The translations under genes and the position numbers were made by a program. Shown here piece by piece: positions 45,375 to 53,724 of a DNA stretch of 64,000 nt. The stretch's first letter is position 1. Each line of letters begins with the position of its first letter. Source of the stretch: a virus; the IMG/VR virus record IMGVR_UViG_3300021479_000013, positions 1-64,000 of that record; one strand, 5' to 3'. Under the pieces are notes generated by a model. The model saw only the letters and a list, made by a program, of their open reading frames with translations, did not search any database and was not told the origin of the DNA.

Positions 45375-45692
45375 ATGAGCATTCAAAAAGCAGGGGCCCC
45401 CGTCAATCCGTTCGACGTGCTGCTCCCAGGCGATATCGGTTACGTGGACCCCACAAAAAGCAGGGGCCCCCTAGTTGATGAAGAGGAGCCCGGCACTAAG
45501 GGGCCCCTTAGTCCAGAACACAAGCGGCGGCACAACGCCCGAGTCAAGATTGAACTAGGGGGCCCCCGTCGAGCCCGACTAGAGAAGCTGGCGAATTACA
45601 AGGGATGCACCCTGACGGCGCTTATACGACTTTGCATCGACGAGCAGATTTCAGTAATGGAGTCTCTCTGGTTTAAAACACAATCCCCGTAG
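45375..45692 (+). CDS. Protein with C-terminal ribbon-helix-helix-like domain
   Basis: GAGGAGG RBS; RVKIEL..RLEKLANYKGCTLTALIRLCI. Confidence 0.65.
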   Translation: MSIQKAGAPVNPFDVLLPGDIGYVDPTKSRGPLVDEEEPGTKGPLSPEHKRRHNARVKIELGGPRRARLEKLANYKGCTLTALIRLCIDEQISVMESLWFKTQSP

Positions 45693-45717
45693 AAAGTACG
45701 GGACAAGGACACACCCA

Positions 45718-46431
45718 ATGGAAGTCAAACCACAATCGGTCGAGCAGTTCCTCGTCGAGCAGCTAGAGAAGGTCGCTCCGGGGAAGTATTCGTTCGCGAG
45801 CGCATTACAGTTTTTCAAGACTAGGCTCCGGTTTCCTTGTAACCACATCAAGGGCGGCGGTAGGCGCTCCTCCCTCATATCCGGAGGGAAAGACTACAAC
45901 ATCAGCATCTTCACGTTCCCCACGGGCGTCACCGAGGTGAAGTGCCTTTACAACTGTGGTTTGAAGATTCGCACAGACGAGCCCTTGCTGGTCCACGCGT
46001 ACAACGAGCTATACGACCTCCCGAGCACCAATAGCAAGGCGTCGGCAGAAGTAATTAAGCACACTAAGAACGGAAAAGTTATTCCTGTTGACCCAGGACC
46101 AACGCCTGTGTACACAGATGAGTATCGTAAACGTATAAGGGAATCGAACGACCGTTTCTTAGATTACCTCGACCGAAGCAGACTGCGAGGGCGTATCAAG
46201 CCTGATGAAAAGATTCTCGGAGGAACATTTCCTCATCCGGACCCGGTTGAAGCACCTGACTCGATTATTAAACGAACCGTGCTTCAAGCGTTTAAGAAGG
46301 CGAAAAGAAATCCGCCGATACACACCGCTCTGGCCGTTTTCCAAGACAGCATCCCGGCGCTAGAGCCAGTTAAAGTGAAAACCAAGATTCGCAAGGCCCG
46401 TAAGACCCAATCCCGCAAACGCGGAAAGTAA
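45718..46431 (+). CDS. Hypothetical protein
   Basis: 237 aa; CxH and CxxxC. Confidence 0.7.
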   Translation: MEVKPQSVEQFLVEQLEKVAPGKYSFASALQFFKTRLRFPCNHIKGGGRRSSLISGGKDYNISIFTFPTGVTEVKCLYNCGLKIRTDEPLLVHAYNELYDLPSTNSKASAEVIKHTKNGKVIPVDPGPTPVYTDEYRKRIRESNDRFLDYLDRSRLRGRIKPDEKILGGTFPHPDPVEAPDSIIKRTVLQAFKKAKRNPPIHTALAVFQDSIPALEPVKVKTKIRKARKTQSRKRGK

Positions 46432-46442
46432 AGGACTACCCA

Positions 46443-47219
46443 ATGAAAACGAAAAAGCACACAGATAACATGCCAGGACTGACATCCTCCGAGCAGGCCG
46501 ACTTGAACAGCGACCTCCTGCGCCGTACCGAGAAGTCCTTAGACCTCCTGGCGAATCTCCAAGACAGAATCAGCCTGGTCTCATCCGAAACAGCTGACCT
46601 CGTCGAGAACTCTCGCCTCGAAGCATACGCTAACGTCTCGAACCTCCAAGAGATGACGCAGCAAGCGTTCGCCGCCGTCTCGAAAGACGTCGACACCATT
46701 TCAGAGCGTCTCACCGCATTAGAGAACGCGCCTGTCGCGACCAGCCCGGCCCCCGAGTTCGACCACACATGGGTCAACCGTAAGCTGTCCGGCGTCTACG
46801 AGTACATCGAAGAGTTGGAAGAGAAGATCGCAAGGCTCACCGACCACGTTAACCGCGAAATCGGCGTGGCCCAAGAAGTTCCTTTGTGCCAACGCATAGA
46901 CTTCGATTACGGAATCCAAGACCCTAAGGTTGACAAGGAATTTAAATTTAAATTTCTGAGTGAGCCATCACGGCCTAAGAATCCGCCGACCACCAGCTAC
47001 ATGGGATTCAACGTCCGCTTCAAAGACAACCGCCTGCTGCTAGAGAACGCTGACGAGTTCGAGTTCTTCGTGATCGGAGACCCTTATACCCGTATCACCG
47101 AGCTGGAGAACAAGTGCTTCGGCCTGGTGATATACACGGAAAACAAAGACCAGTACGTCTTGTGCGGCGGCCCCCAGCTTGTCACCATGTTCGTTCAGTT
47201 CTTGGGACCCTGCTCGTGA
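46443..47219 (+). CDS. Coiled-coil hypothetical protein
   Basis: AAGGA RBS; heptad-rich N-terminal half. Confidence 0.7.
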   Translation: MKTKKHTDNMPGLTSSEQADLNSDLLRRTEKSLDLLANLQDRISLVSSETADLVENSRLEAYANVSNLQEMTQQAFAAVSKDVDTISERLTALENAPVATSPAPEFDHTWVNRKLSGVYEYIEELEEKIARLTDHVNREIGVAQEVPLCQRIDFDYGIQDPKVDKEFKFKFLSEPSRPKNPPTTSYMGFNVRFKDNRLLLENADEFEFFVIGDPYTRITELENKCFGLVIYTENKDQYVLCGGPQLVTMFVQFLGPCS

Positions 47220-47536
47220 GCCGCAAGTCCGTCACGATTCTCGGCGTCAAGATTCCTTTGGCCAATATCATCTCGACACCAAAGTTGACAGAAGCTTGGA
47301 TAGGGTCGCCCTTTCTTCGCCGTCGCAACGACTGGGTGGCGGTCGCCCCATCCACCCCTTCGAAAGAGTACGGGTCATCGTCTGGCACTTATCTAGGCGG
47401 CTATTATGATTATTGCACCTTCTCCACGTTCGCAGTCGATAACAAGTTCGACGACAGGATTTTAACGGCAGCAAAAGAACAAGCCGATGAATACGTTCGA
47501 CGACTCAACAAGTTAGTTCAGGGCGAGTATGTCTAA
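47216..47536 (+). CDS. Hypothetical protein
   Basis: GTGA overlap. Confidence 0.6.
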   Translation: MSRKSVTILGVKIPLANIISTPKLTEAWIGSPFLRRRNDWVAVAPSTPSKEYGSSSGTYLGGYYDYCTFSTFAVDNKFDDRILTAAKEQADEYVRRLNKLVQGEYV

Positions 47537-47711
47537 GAAAAATATTACGTCGAAAGAGAAAATCGATAACAACACGATTCACGTGACATTCGAGAACCCA
47601 GACGGCACACGCAAGTATGAATTTCGTGGAGCCTCAATGCGCGCCATCCAGCGCGGCAAAGACCCGGCCACTCTAAGTGGTGGTAGATTAGTGGAGCACA
47701 AAAAGTCATGA
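47529..47711 (+). CDS. Hypothetical protein
   Basis: Operon packing. Confidence 0.6.
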   Translation: MSKKNITSKEKIDNNTIHVTFENPDGTRKYEFRGASMRAIQRGKDPATLSGGRLVEHKKS

Positions 47712-48064
47712 GCAAAAGCATAGCCCCAGGCGGCAGCGACACGTTCGAGCACGGTGCGGACGGAGACCCGGAAGACTACACCCCCACGTATTACGGCAAA
47801 AAGAAACTGGAGAAGCACAGCCCCTCGTACTCGGTTTATTACAAGCCAGCGACAGAGGCCGCAGCAGGCGGCTCCGGTGAGAACCAGAACGAAGTAGGCG
47901 GACAGAGCTACCCCGGGCGCAAGACCCCTCAGGCCCAAGCGGTTACTACGGCCACAGAACAGTCCGGCTCCACGGTGCGCCAAGGCCAGAAACAGACCGG
48001 CCTGAACCGTTACCCGATAAACGAACACGAAGAGAAAGCGAAACACACAGGTCCGAACAACTAG
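47708..48064 (+). CDS. Hydrophilic hypothetical protein
   Basis: ATGA overlap. Confidence 0.6.
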   Translation: MSKSIAPGGSDTFEHGADGDPEDYTPTYYGKKKLEKHSPSYSVYYKPATEAAAGGSGENQNEVGGQSYPGRKTPQAQAVTTATEQSGSTVRQGQKQTGLNRYPINEHEEKAKHTGPNN

Positions 48065-48079
48065 TTCAAAGGAATAACA

Positions 48080-48265
48080 ATGTTCACATTCTCCGCAATC
48101 ACAATCGTAGTCTCCGCTCTGCTAGGCTTTGCAGGCGGGCGAGTTCATCACCCAGCAAATTTGAAGGTCGCGGCCATCAAGGCCGAGATCGCAAAGATCG
48201 AAACAGAAGTTAAGGCATACGTGATCGCCAGCGCGATTGTCGTTCGCCTTAAAAAACTCCTTTAA
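48080..48265 (+). CDS. Small membrane protein
   Basis: N-terminal TM segment; AAGGA RBS. Confidence 0.65.
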   Translation: MFTFSAITIVVSALLGFAGGRVHHPANLKVAAIKAEIAKIETEVKAYVIASAIVVRLKKLL

Positions 48266-48282
48266 TTCACGAGGTAACTTTC

Positions 48283-48570
48283 ATGTCGTCAGCAAACACC
48301 ACAGCAGCATCTAGCGCGCACGCGCCAGAGAAGTGCATGTCCAGCGAACAGCCGCACGCCCACAAGTACCCGGGCCGCGCGACACCGAAGGCCGAGAAGG
48401 TCACCGACGCGTCTCACGACGCAGCGGCGCTTAAGACAGGTCGGTCCTTATCGATGGGCGTCTCGGCAGACGGCTCACACAAGGGCATCCCGACGAGCAT
48501 GGAAGAGGTTGGCCGTCACACGACGCAGCCCGCCACGCCCAAGTTCGCGCACAAGTACCCCGGAGTCTAG
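48283..48570 (+). CDS. Hypothetical protein with repeated AHKYPG motif
   Basis: GAGG RBS; HAHKYPG and FAHKYPG. Confidence 0.65.
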   Translation: MSSANTTAASSAHAPEKCMSSEQPHAHKYPGRATPKAEKVTDASHDAAALKTGRSLSMGVSADGSHKGIPTSMEEVGRHTTQPATPKFAHKYPGV

Positions 48571-48634
48571 GGCTTAAAAGAGTTTAAAGATTTCCCTTGA
48601 CAACAAGGGGAAACTGTGGTAGGATGGTATCACG

Positions 48635-48820
48635 ATGAAGACATACGAAAGAGAGATGTGGATTCCGTCTAAAAACGGCGTCGGTATCCCTCCGAAGTTT
48701 TTATCATGTCCAGAGTGCGGGGGCACTATGCGACCACGCCCAGGCCACAGATATGTTTGCCAAGAATGTGAAACAGAAACAACGTTAGACATGACACCGC
48801 TCGATCACAAAAAGAGGTGA
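48635..48820 (+). CDS. Zn-ribbon protein with own promoter
   Basis: CPEC..CQEC; TTGACA-17-TAGGAT at 48597-48625. Confidence 0.65.
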   Translation: MKTYEREMWIPSKNGVGIPPKFLSCPECGGTMRPRPGHRYVCQECETETTLDMTPLDHKKR

Positions 48821-48822
48821 CT

Positions 48823-49197
48823 ATGACCACGTATCAGCAATCTAACTTGCCTTTTGTCGGTAACGCAGCACAGAGATACCCCATTAAAGACCTCTCGCAG
48901 TTCGTTTGCAGGGGGCTGTACTTCAACGATGACAACATCGAGTTCTTCATGCAAGGCGCTGGCAAGGTTCTGTTTTCACAAAGCACCCCGGCGCTGGTAG
49001 CTCCCGGAACACTGACTGTCACAGGCTTCACCCTGCCACAGCAGTCGACTCCCGGAACGTTCGCGTTCGACTGGTCTGTTAAGGACTCAGACGGCGTAGT
49101 GCTGGCCACCGGTTCGTGTGCAGGCACCTGGATGCAGTTCGCCTTCGGCGGATACTATCATCCTAAGCTGTTGACGAACTCTTTGACCGTCAACTAA
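48823..49197 (+). CDS. Hypothetical beta-rich protein
   Basis: GAGGT RBS. Confidence 0.65.
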   Translation: MTTYQQSNLPFVGNAAQRYPIKDLSQFVCRGLYFNDDNIEFFMQGAGKVLFSQSTPALVAPGTLTVTGFTLPQQSTPGTFAFDWSVKDSDGVVLATGSCAGTWMQFAFGGYYHPKLLTNSLTVN

Positions 49198-49438
49198 ATC
49201 AATCCCGCCTGTCAGGGCAGTCGTCTAGGACGCAGTACTGACCATCTGCCCCGTATGGCCGTGAGGCGACGGGCGCAAATTTACAGGGCGGCAGGAGCAT
49301 CACTGTGCCGTCCTCAATTTTCTAACCGAGCCGACTTGTCTGTCGGATAAGACACTCGGGGCAGAGCACCCACGGGCCTAGTCGCCGCAAGGCGGGTAAA
49401 GGTTGCTCTTCGAAAGGCCCAAACTTTCTGCCCATCGC

Positions 49439-49523
49439 TGGGCTGTGGCTCAACTGGTACAGCAGGTGACTGTTAATCACCCAGTGCGAAAGCACATTAC
49501 AGGTTCGAATCCTGTTGGCCCAG
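49439..49523 (+). tRNA. tRNA-Asn(GTT) with long variable arm
   Basis: Acceptor TGGGCTG/TGGCCCA; anticodon arm GGTGA-CTGTTAA-TCACC; V-arm GTGC-GAAA-GCAC; T-arm ACAGG-TTCGAAT-CCTGT; G73; no encoded CCA. Confidence 0.88.
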
Positions 49524-49939
49524 CAATGAGCAGAACAATTTTAGAGACTGGTGCTGCCGGACTAGAAGGACGTTATCCGGGCGAGTCTCTGAAGGCGTTG
49601 TACAACAGAGAGAACAAAAAATCCCAGGGTAGCTCCCGTGGGCCTGTATCCTCGCTAGGATAAGTTCTCTCGCTCATCAAAAATGAGCCAAGCGCGTAGG
49701 GACCGCGCGCTGATTAAATAGTCCCTCAATTTTGTAGTTTGGGAAGTAGGCGTCAGGTATAAAGGCATAACCCGAGCGCCCTCGACAACCCAAACGTGTC
49801 TACGATTTCGGGGCCAGTGTGCAGCGTAAGCTGGCAGCGTGAGCCGATTAGCGACTCGTAGCCCCGACCTCTTTACCCTTATAGTACCCGTTAACCAGCT
49901 TAACGACCACTATAAGGGTACATAAGTTCAGGAGCAACG

Positions 49940-50026
49940 ATGTCAATCATATTTGAATTGATCGGAGGCGTGCTGTTTTTTATCTTGCTCGCCTCGTGGC
50001 TCTTCAAGTCGCCTAAGGGCGAATAA
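49940..50026 (+). CDS. 28-aa single-TM peptide
   Basis: AGGAG RBS; MSIIFELIGGVLFFILLASWLFKSPKGE. Confidence 0.6.
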   Translation: MSIIFELIGGVLFFILLASWLFKSPKGE

Positions 50027-50209
50027 ATTTTTCACTCCCGGTAAATCTATAAGTCGGAACTGAGAAGCCGAGCCGGGACAATTTTTACCGTTCTCTGGAT
50101 AGTCCCGACTTCACAGTCTGCTGGAATACCAGTCATGAGGGAGAACAATTGAACACCCACGGCGGGTCTAGAAAACCTGTTTAACGTGGTGGAGTTCTTT
50201 AAAATTTCT

Positions 50210-50283
50210 GGGCTGTTAGTTAAGCGGGATAACGGTTGCCTTGCACGCATCAGTCAGGAGTTCGATTCTCCTACGGTCCACCA
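50210..50283 (+). tRNA. tRNA-Ala(TGC)
   Basis: G3:U70 pair; anticodon loop CT-TGC-AC; TTCGATT T-loop; A73-CCA. Confidence 0.9.
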
Positions 50284-50300
50284 ATTTGACTCGGTGACAT

Positions 50301-50543
50301 ATGACGATATCAGACGCAGCCTCAATCGCAGCACTGGTAGTCGATCTAGTCGCCTTGTATTTTCTAATCGGCATTTGGAAGGACGACAGGGCTATGCGGG
50401 TCGCAGCAGAGGAATCCCTGCAAGTACAAAAAGATTATCTAGGAATGCGGCGTAAGTGGTATGAAGGCCGCACAAAGAAAAAGGACGAAAAGAATGTCGC
50501 TCAGCTTAGACCAACGGATGGCGTTGACGCGGACAATCTGTAA
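50301..50543 (+). CDS. Small membrane protein
   Basis: N-terminal TM segment. Confidence 0.55.
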   Translation: MTISDAASIAALVVDLVALYFLIGIWKDDRAMRVAAEESLQVQKDYLGMRRKWYEGRTKKKDEKNVAQLRPTDGVDADNL

Positions 50544-50633
50544 TATCGTCGGGGTCATCATCTCAATCGTGTACGTGATATGGGTGATGAGCAAGTAAAA
50601 TTTAAACGACTTTAAACGAGTTTAGGAGAACAA

Positions 50634-50981
50634 ATGTTTACACCTCCAGCAGGCACATGGACCACGGGACAGACGGCTATCCTGGCAGCACTAGTTCTCA
50701 CCACGCTCGTAGCAGTGTTAGGCGACGCGTATACCACGATGGCAGGATTGGCTAAAGGCCTCGCGGAAGGTAACCCGGTCATGAAGTTTTTCTTCTCTAA
50801 GATCGGTCAGTCGCTGACGGCATTCCTCTCAGCGGTCGCGGTACTGGCATTCGGAACTGTCGTCGCGGCGCACAGCCTCGGCGCGGCTTACGTGTTCTTC
50901 GGCGGCGTCACAATCGCAGAAGGCATCGTAACCCTTCGCAACTATTTGAAGCTGAAGGCAGCAAAGATTTCTTTGAAATAA
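50634..50981 (+). CDS. Membrane protein (DUF5658-like)
   Basis: DAYTT...EGNPVM motif; 3 TM segments. Confidence 0.7.
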   Translation: MFTPPAGTWTTGQTAILAALVLTTLVAVLGDAYTTMAGLAKGLAEGNPVMKFFFSKIGQSLTAFLSAVAVLAFGTVVAAHSLGAAYVFFGGVTIAEGIVTLRNYLKLKAAKISLK

Positions 50982-50990
50982 ATTTTCTAA

Positions 50991-51065
50991 GCCTTGATGA
51001 TCTAGCGGTCATGATGTCGCACTTGTAATGCGAACGCCGAGGTTCGACTCCTCGTCGAGGCCCCA
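50991..51065 (+). tRNA. tRNA-Thr(TGT)
   Basis: GCCTTGA/TCGAGGC acceptor; TCGCA-CTTGTAA-TGCGA anticodon arm; TTCGACT; CCA. Confidence 0.92.
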
Positions 51066-51099
51066 AATATTATACGCACCTTAGATTCACGGAGATTTC

Positions 51100-51495
51100 A
51101 TGTCAGCACCAACACCTACAGCAATGTATTCGACGAACAGTTCGCAGTCCGGTCTAACCGTCGCGGCTGCGTTCCCCCAGAACACGACACAAGGCGTCGG
51201 CGGGCAGAACCTCGACCTCATCCAGATCGTCGGCCTCGGCGGCAGCATCCTCTTGAACGTAGACTTCAACGGCACCGTGCACAACCCGGCTGTCGCAGCT
51301 ACCACTTCTGCAGGCGGAATCGGCCAGACGCGCGTCGGGCAGTTCCAGACCAATCTTTCCAGCACCGCGACGACAGCTCAGCTGTTCGCGAGCGCCTTTG
51401 CTAACCCGTCATTGCTTGACGTACTCCAGATCGTCAATGAAGGTGGTAATATACATTACAACCTGAATTACCTCGGAGTCGCGTCCGGGTCCTAA
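51100..51495 (+). CDS. Putative virion structural protein with internal repeat
   Basis: LDLIQIVGLGG and LDVLQIVNEGG repeats; T/A/S/N-rich. Confidence 0.6.
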   Translation: MSAPTPTAMYSTNSSQSGLTVAAAFPQNTTQGVGGQNLDLIQIVGLGGSILLNVDFNGTVHNPAVAATTSAGGIGQTRVGQFQTNLSSTATTAQLFASAFANPSLLDVLQIVNEGGNIHYNLNYLGVASGS

Positions 51496-51619
51496 TTTTT
51501 ATCGGAGGCTTCATGTGGCAGCGTCTATGTTTTGGATGCCGCCGACTTCTTGAAAAGAAGAAGCCAGACGACATCGTAGTTTGCACCTGTGGTTGGATTT
51601 GGCATCTAGGAGATAGTAT

Positions 51620-51916
51620 ATGGCAGGTTCTACCATAAATGGGAATGTTGGGGGAGCAGCAGCATCAGGTGCGCAAGTACAGTGCCTGAACATCCTGACC
51701 AACGTAACCGTATTCGGCGCTGGCGACGGCTCCGGTAACTACACGATTCCCAGTCTCGCTGCGGGCACTTACGTCATCCGCGCGTTCCTCAATGCCAACG
51801 TTTACTACCACCCGGTCCAAGTGATCGTCGACGGCGCGGCAACATTCGCGGCTATCAACTTGAATCCTGTAGCGTTGACCGCATCGAACGTTCCCGCGTG
51901 GACTAGCAACTTCTAA
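51620..51916 (+). CDS. Carboxypeptidase regulatory-like (prealbumin-fold) domain protein
   Basis: INGNV...GAQV...DGSGNYTIPSLAAGTYVI. Confidence 0.7.
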   Translation: MAGSTINGNVGGAAASGAQVQCLNILTNVTVFGAGDGSGNYTIPSLAAGTYVIRAFLNANVYYHPVQVIVDGAATFAAINLNPVALTASNVPAWTSNF

Positions 51917-52005
51917 ATTTAACAACATCCCGAGGCTTAGCGGCCTCGGTCTAGACTGGGGAAGAGCCGATACTCTTCCCTGGTCGATCTTTATCGGAGG
52001 ATAAG

Positions 52006-52614
52006 ATGGCAAACGGAAAGTGCAAGTGCGGTGTCGACTATACGTTAGAGAATTCGACTTCAACTGTTTTCAAAAGACAGCAAGGATTCTGTCGCTCGTG
52101 TGACGAGACCTATCAGAAGCAGTATTATTTAGACAGGTCTGAAAGAATTAAAGAAAGGTCTTGCAAATGGGCACGAAAGAATAAAAAGAAGCGACTAGTG
52201 ATTGCCATGAAATACTGGGACACTCAGTCAGTTGAGACGCGGGCATCACACAACAAAAAGGTCGTTGCTCAGTATCGCTTAAAGAAATTTGGTATCTCTC
52301 AAGAAGAGTTTGATGCCAAGTTTGAAAGTCAGAAAGGTCTTTGTAGCATATGTGAACAACCTATGCTAGCTGGCGTTCGTAAAAAGATTCCGTGCCAAGA
52401 CCACAATCATGACACTGGTGAACTTCGAGATTTGTTATGCAGCAGTTGTAACCTATTGATAGGTAATTGCTGTGAAGATGAAAAAATTTTGGTAGGTGCT
52501 ATTAAGTACTTACGAAAGCACAAAAGCGGTAGTTCGATCAAAACTGCTCTGTGCGGATTGACAGAACTTAATTCTGTACTCTCCGAAAGCGTTTTGTCAG
52601 CGGCTTCCCGTTGA
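52006..52614 (+). CDS. Endonuclease VII-like HNH homing endonuclease
   Basis: FGISQEEF..QKGLCSIC..DHNHDTGELRDLLCSSCN; AT-rich. Confidence 0.88.
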   Translation: MANGKCKCGVDYTLENSTSTVFKRQQGFCRSCDETYQKQYYLDRSERIKERSCKWARKNKKKRLVIAMKYWDTQSVETRASHNKKVVAQYRLKKFGISQEEFDAKFESQKGLCSICEQPMLAGVRKKIPCQDHNHDTGELRDLLCSSCNLLIGNCCEDEKILVGAIKYLRKHKSGSSIKTALCGLTELNSVLSESVLSAASR

Positions 52615-52642
52615 TAAGGCGTATATTAAGAGGTATAATTCC

Positions 52643-53248
52643 TTGAGCAATGTCTTAGACTTTCAAGTTTCAGGCGCGTTTCCGTCTAAAGTTGGCGGAA
52701 CGGGCACCCTTGTCAAGTACTTTCCCCGTCCTATCGGCCCGTCAATCGGCGTAGCACCATCCACGCCGTCTTCGACGAGCGCAGTGGGCGCACTATTCCT
52801 CCCCGCTCAGAACACTCTGAACGGCCAACAGATTTCTGTTCTCGCAACCGGCTCTTTCGGTTCAGACACAGGCGACCCGTCAGGAACAGTAACCGTGAAA
52901 TTGTACGCGGTAACTGGTACCTTGGTTGCTCCGATTTACACCGCACTGGCTTCCACGACCGCATTCGCGCCGACGTTCAACGCTGCTGAGTCTTGGGCTC
53001 TCGCGGGTAACTTCTACGGAGACACCAACTCTGGTGTGTTCGGCGGCGAGTATTCCGCTTATATCCAGGGCGCACTGAACAACACCACCCCGAAGACCTC
53101 GGATAACATCATCTCCGGTTTGAACTTCAACACCGGCAACCCGGCTTTGTCACAGGGCGCAGTTCTGGGCCTCGTGGTCGGCGTGACGTTCGGAACGAGC
53201 GATTCGAGCAACACCGCATCCATGTTCCAATTCACAATCGAAAGCTAG
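52643..53248 (+). CDS. Putative virion structural protein
   Basis: G/S/T/A-rich beta composition; TTG start with GAGG RBS. Confidence 0.6.
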   Translation: MSNVLDFQVSGAFPSKVGGTGTLVKYFPRPIGPSIGVAPSTPSSTSAVGALFLPAQNTLNGQQISVLATGSFGSDTGDPSGTVTVKLYAVTGTLVAPIYTALASTTAFAPTFNAAESWALAGNFYGDTNSGVFGGEYSAYIQGALNNTTPKTSDNIISGLNFNTGNPALSQGAVLGLVVGVTFGTSDSSNTASMFQFTIES

Positions 53249-53255
53249 AAACATC

Positions 53256-53283
53256 GGGGCGACTAAATATCGCCCCACTTTTT
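53256..53283 (+). terminator. Rho-independent terminator
   Basis: GGGGCGA-loop-TCGCCCC followed by ACTTTTT. Confidence 0.7.
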
Positions 53284-53446
53284 CCCTGTTGGCTGGGACG
53301 CAAACAAAAGAGCGACCACCACGGGCAATGTGTGGAAATCACGGCACAGGTAGTATAGCCTACCTTTATTTCTTGATATACGAGTAATGTTTGATTGCGA
53401 CCCCCAGCTTCCCCTCCCGTATATCAGATGTTTCCAAAGGTGAAAC

Positions 53447-53713
53447 ATGTTTGACCCAGCGAGTTTAACACTGGGACAGATTTCTTCTGTCGCCAGAGAT
53501 TTTACGATTGTCGGAGTACTTCTCACGAGCGCTTGGAAAATTAGAGGCGTGTATGAGAACGTCAAGAGTTTCTTTTCAAGATTGACGGCCCACATGGATA
53601 TTATGGAAAATGGGATGAGGACGTTGCTCTCTAATCACCTCCATCATATTGAGAAAGACCTGAAGATACTTTCAGGCCGCAGAGATAACGACGAAACAAA
53701 CTCCACAGAATAA
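53447..53713 (+). CDS. Membrane protein (possibly holin-like)
   Basis: One TM segment; NHLHHIE. Confidence 0.55.
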   Translation: MFDPASLTLGQISSVARDFTIVGVLLTSAWKIRGVYENVKSFFSRLTAHMDIMENGMRTLLSNHLHHIEKDLKILSGRRDNDETNSTE

Positions 53714-53724
53714 GAAGGTGTATC

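Larger units (their letters stand above)
49204..50185 (+). ncRNA. Array of candidate structured non-tRNA RNAs flanking tRNA-Asn
   Basis: More than a dozen helices and several pseudoknots, separated by AATTT-like spacers. Confidence 0.6.

Noticed and set aside
49691-49726. Pistol ribozyme (TTAAATAG linker after a hairpin with a pairing loop)
   Set aside because: There is no P2 or P3 helix or catalytic junction; the pseudoknot strand follows the linker directly.
49808-49867. tmRNA 5' end or a degenerate tRNA (GGGGC start)
   Set aside because: There is no TTCRA T-loop, CCA end or tag reading frame; kept only as an unassigned structured module.
53292-53310. c-di-GMP-I riboswitch (GGGACGCAAA)
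   Set aside because: The upstream GGCAAA and the GNRA-capped P2 stem are missing.
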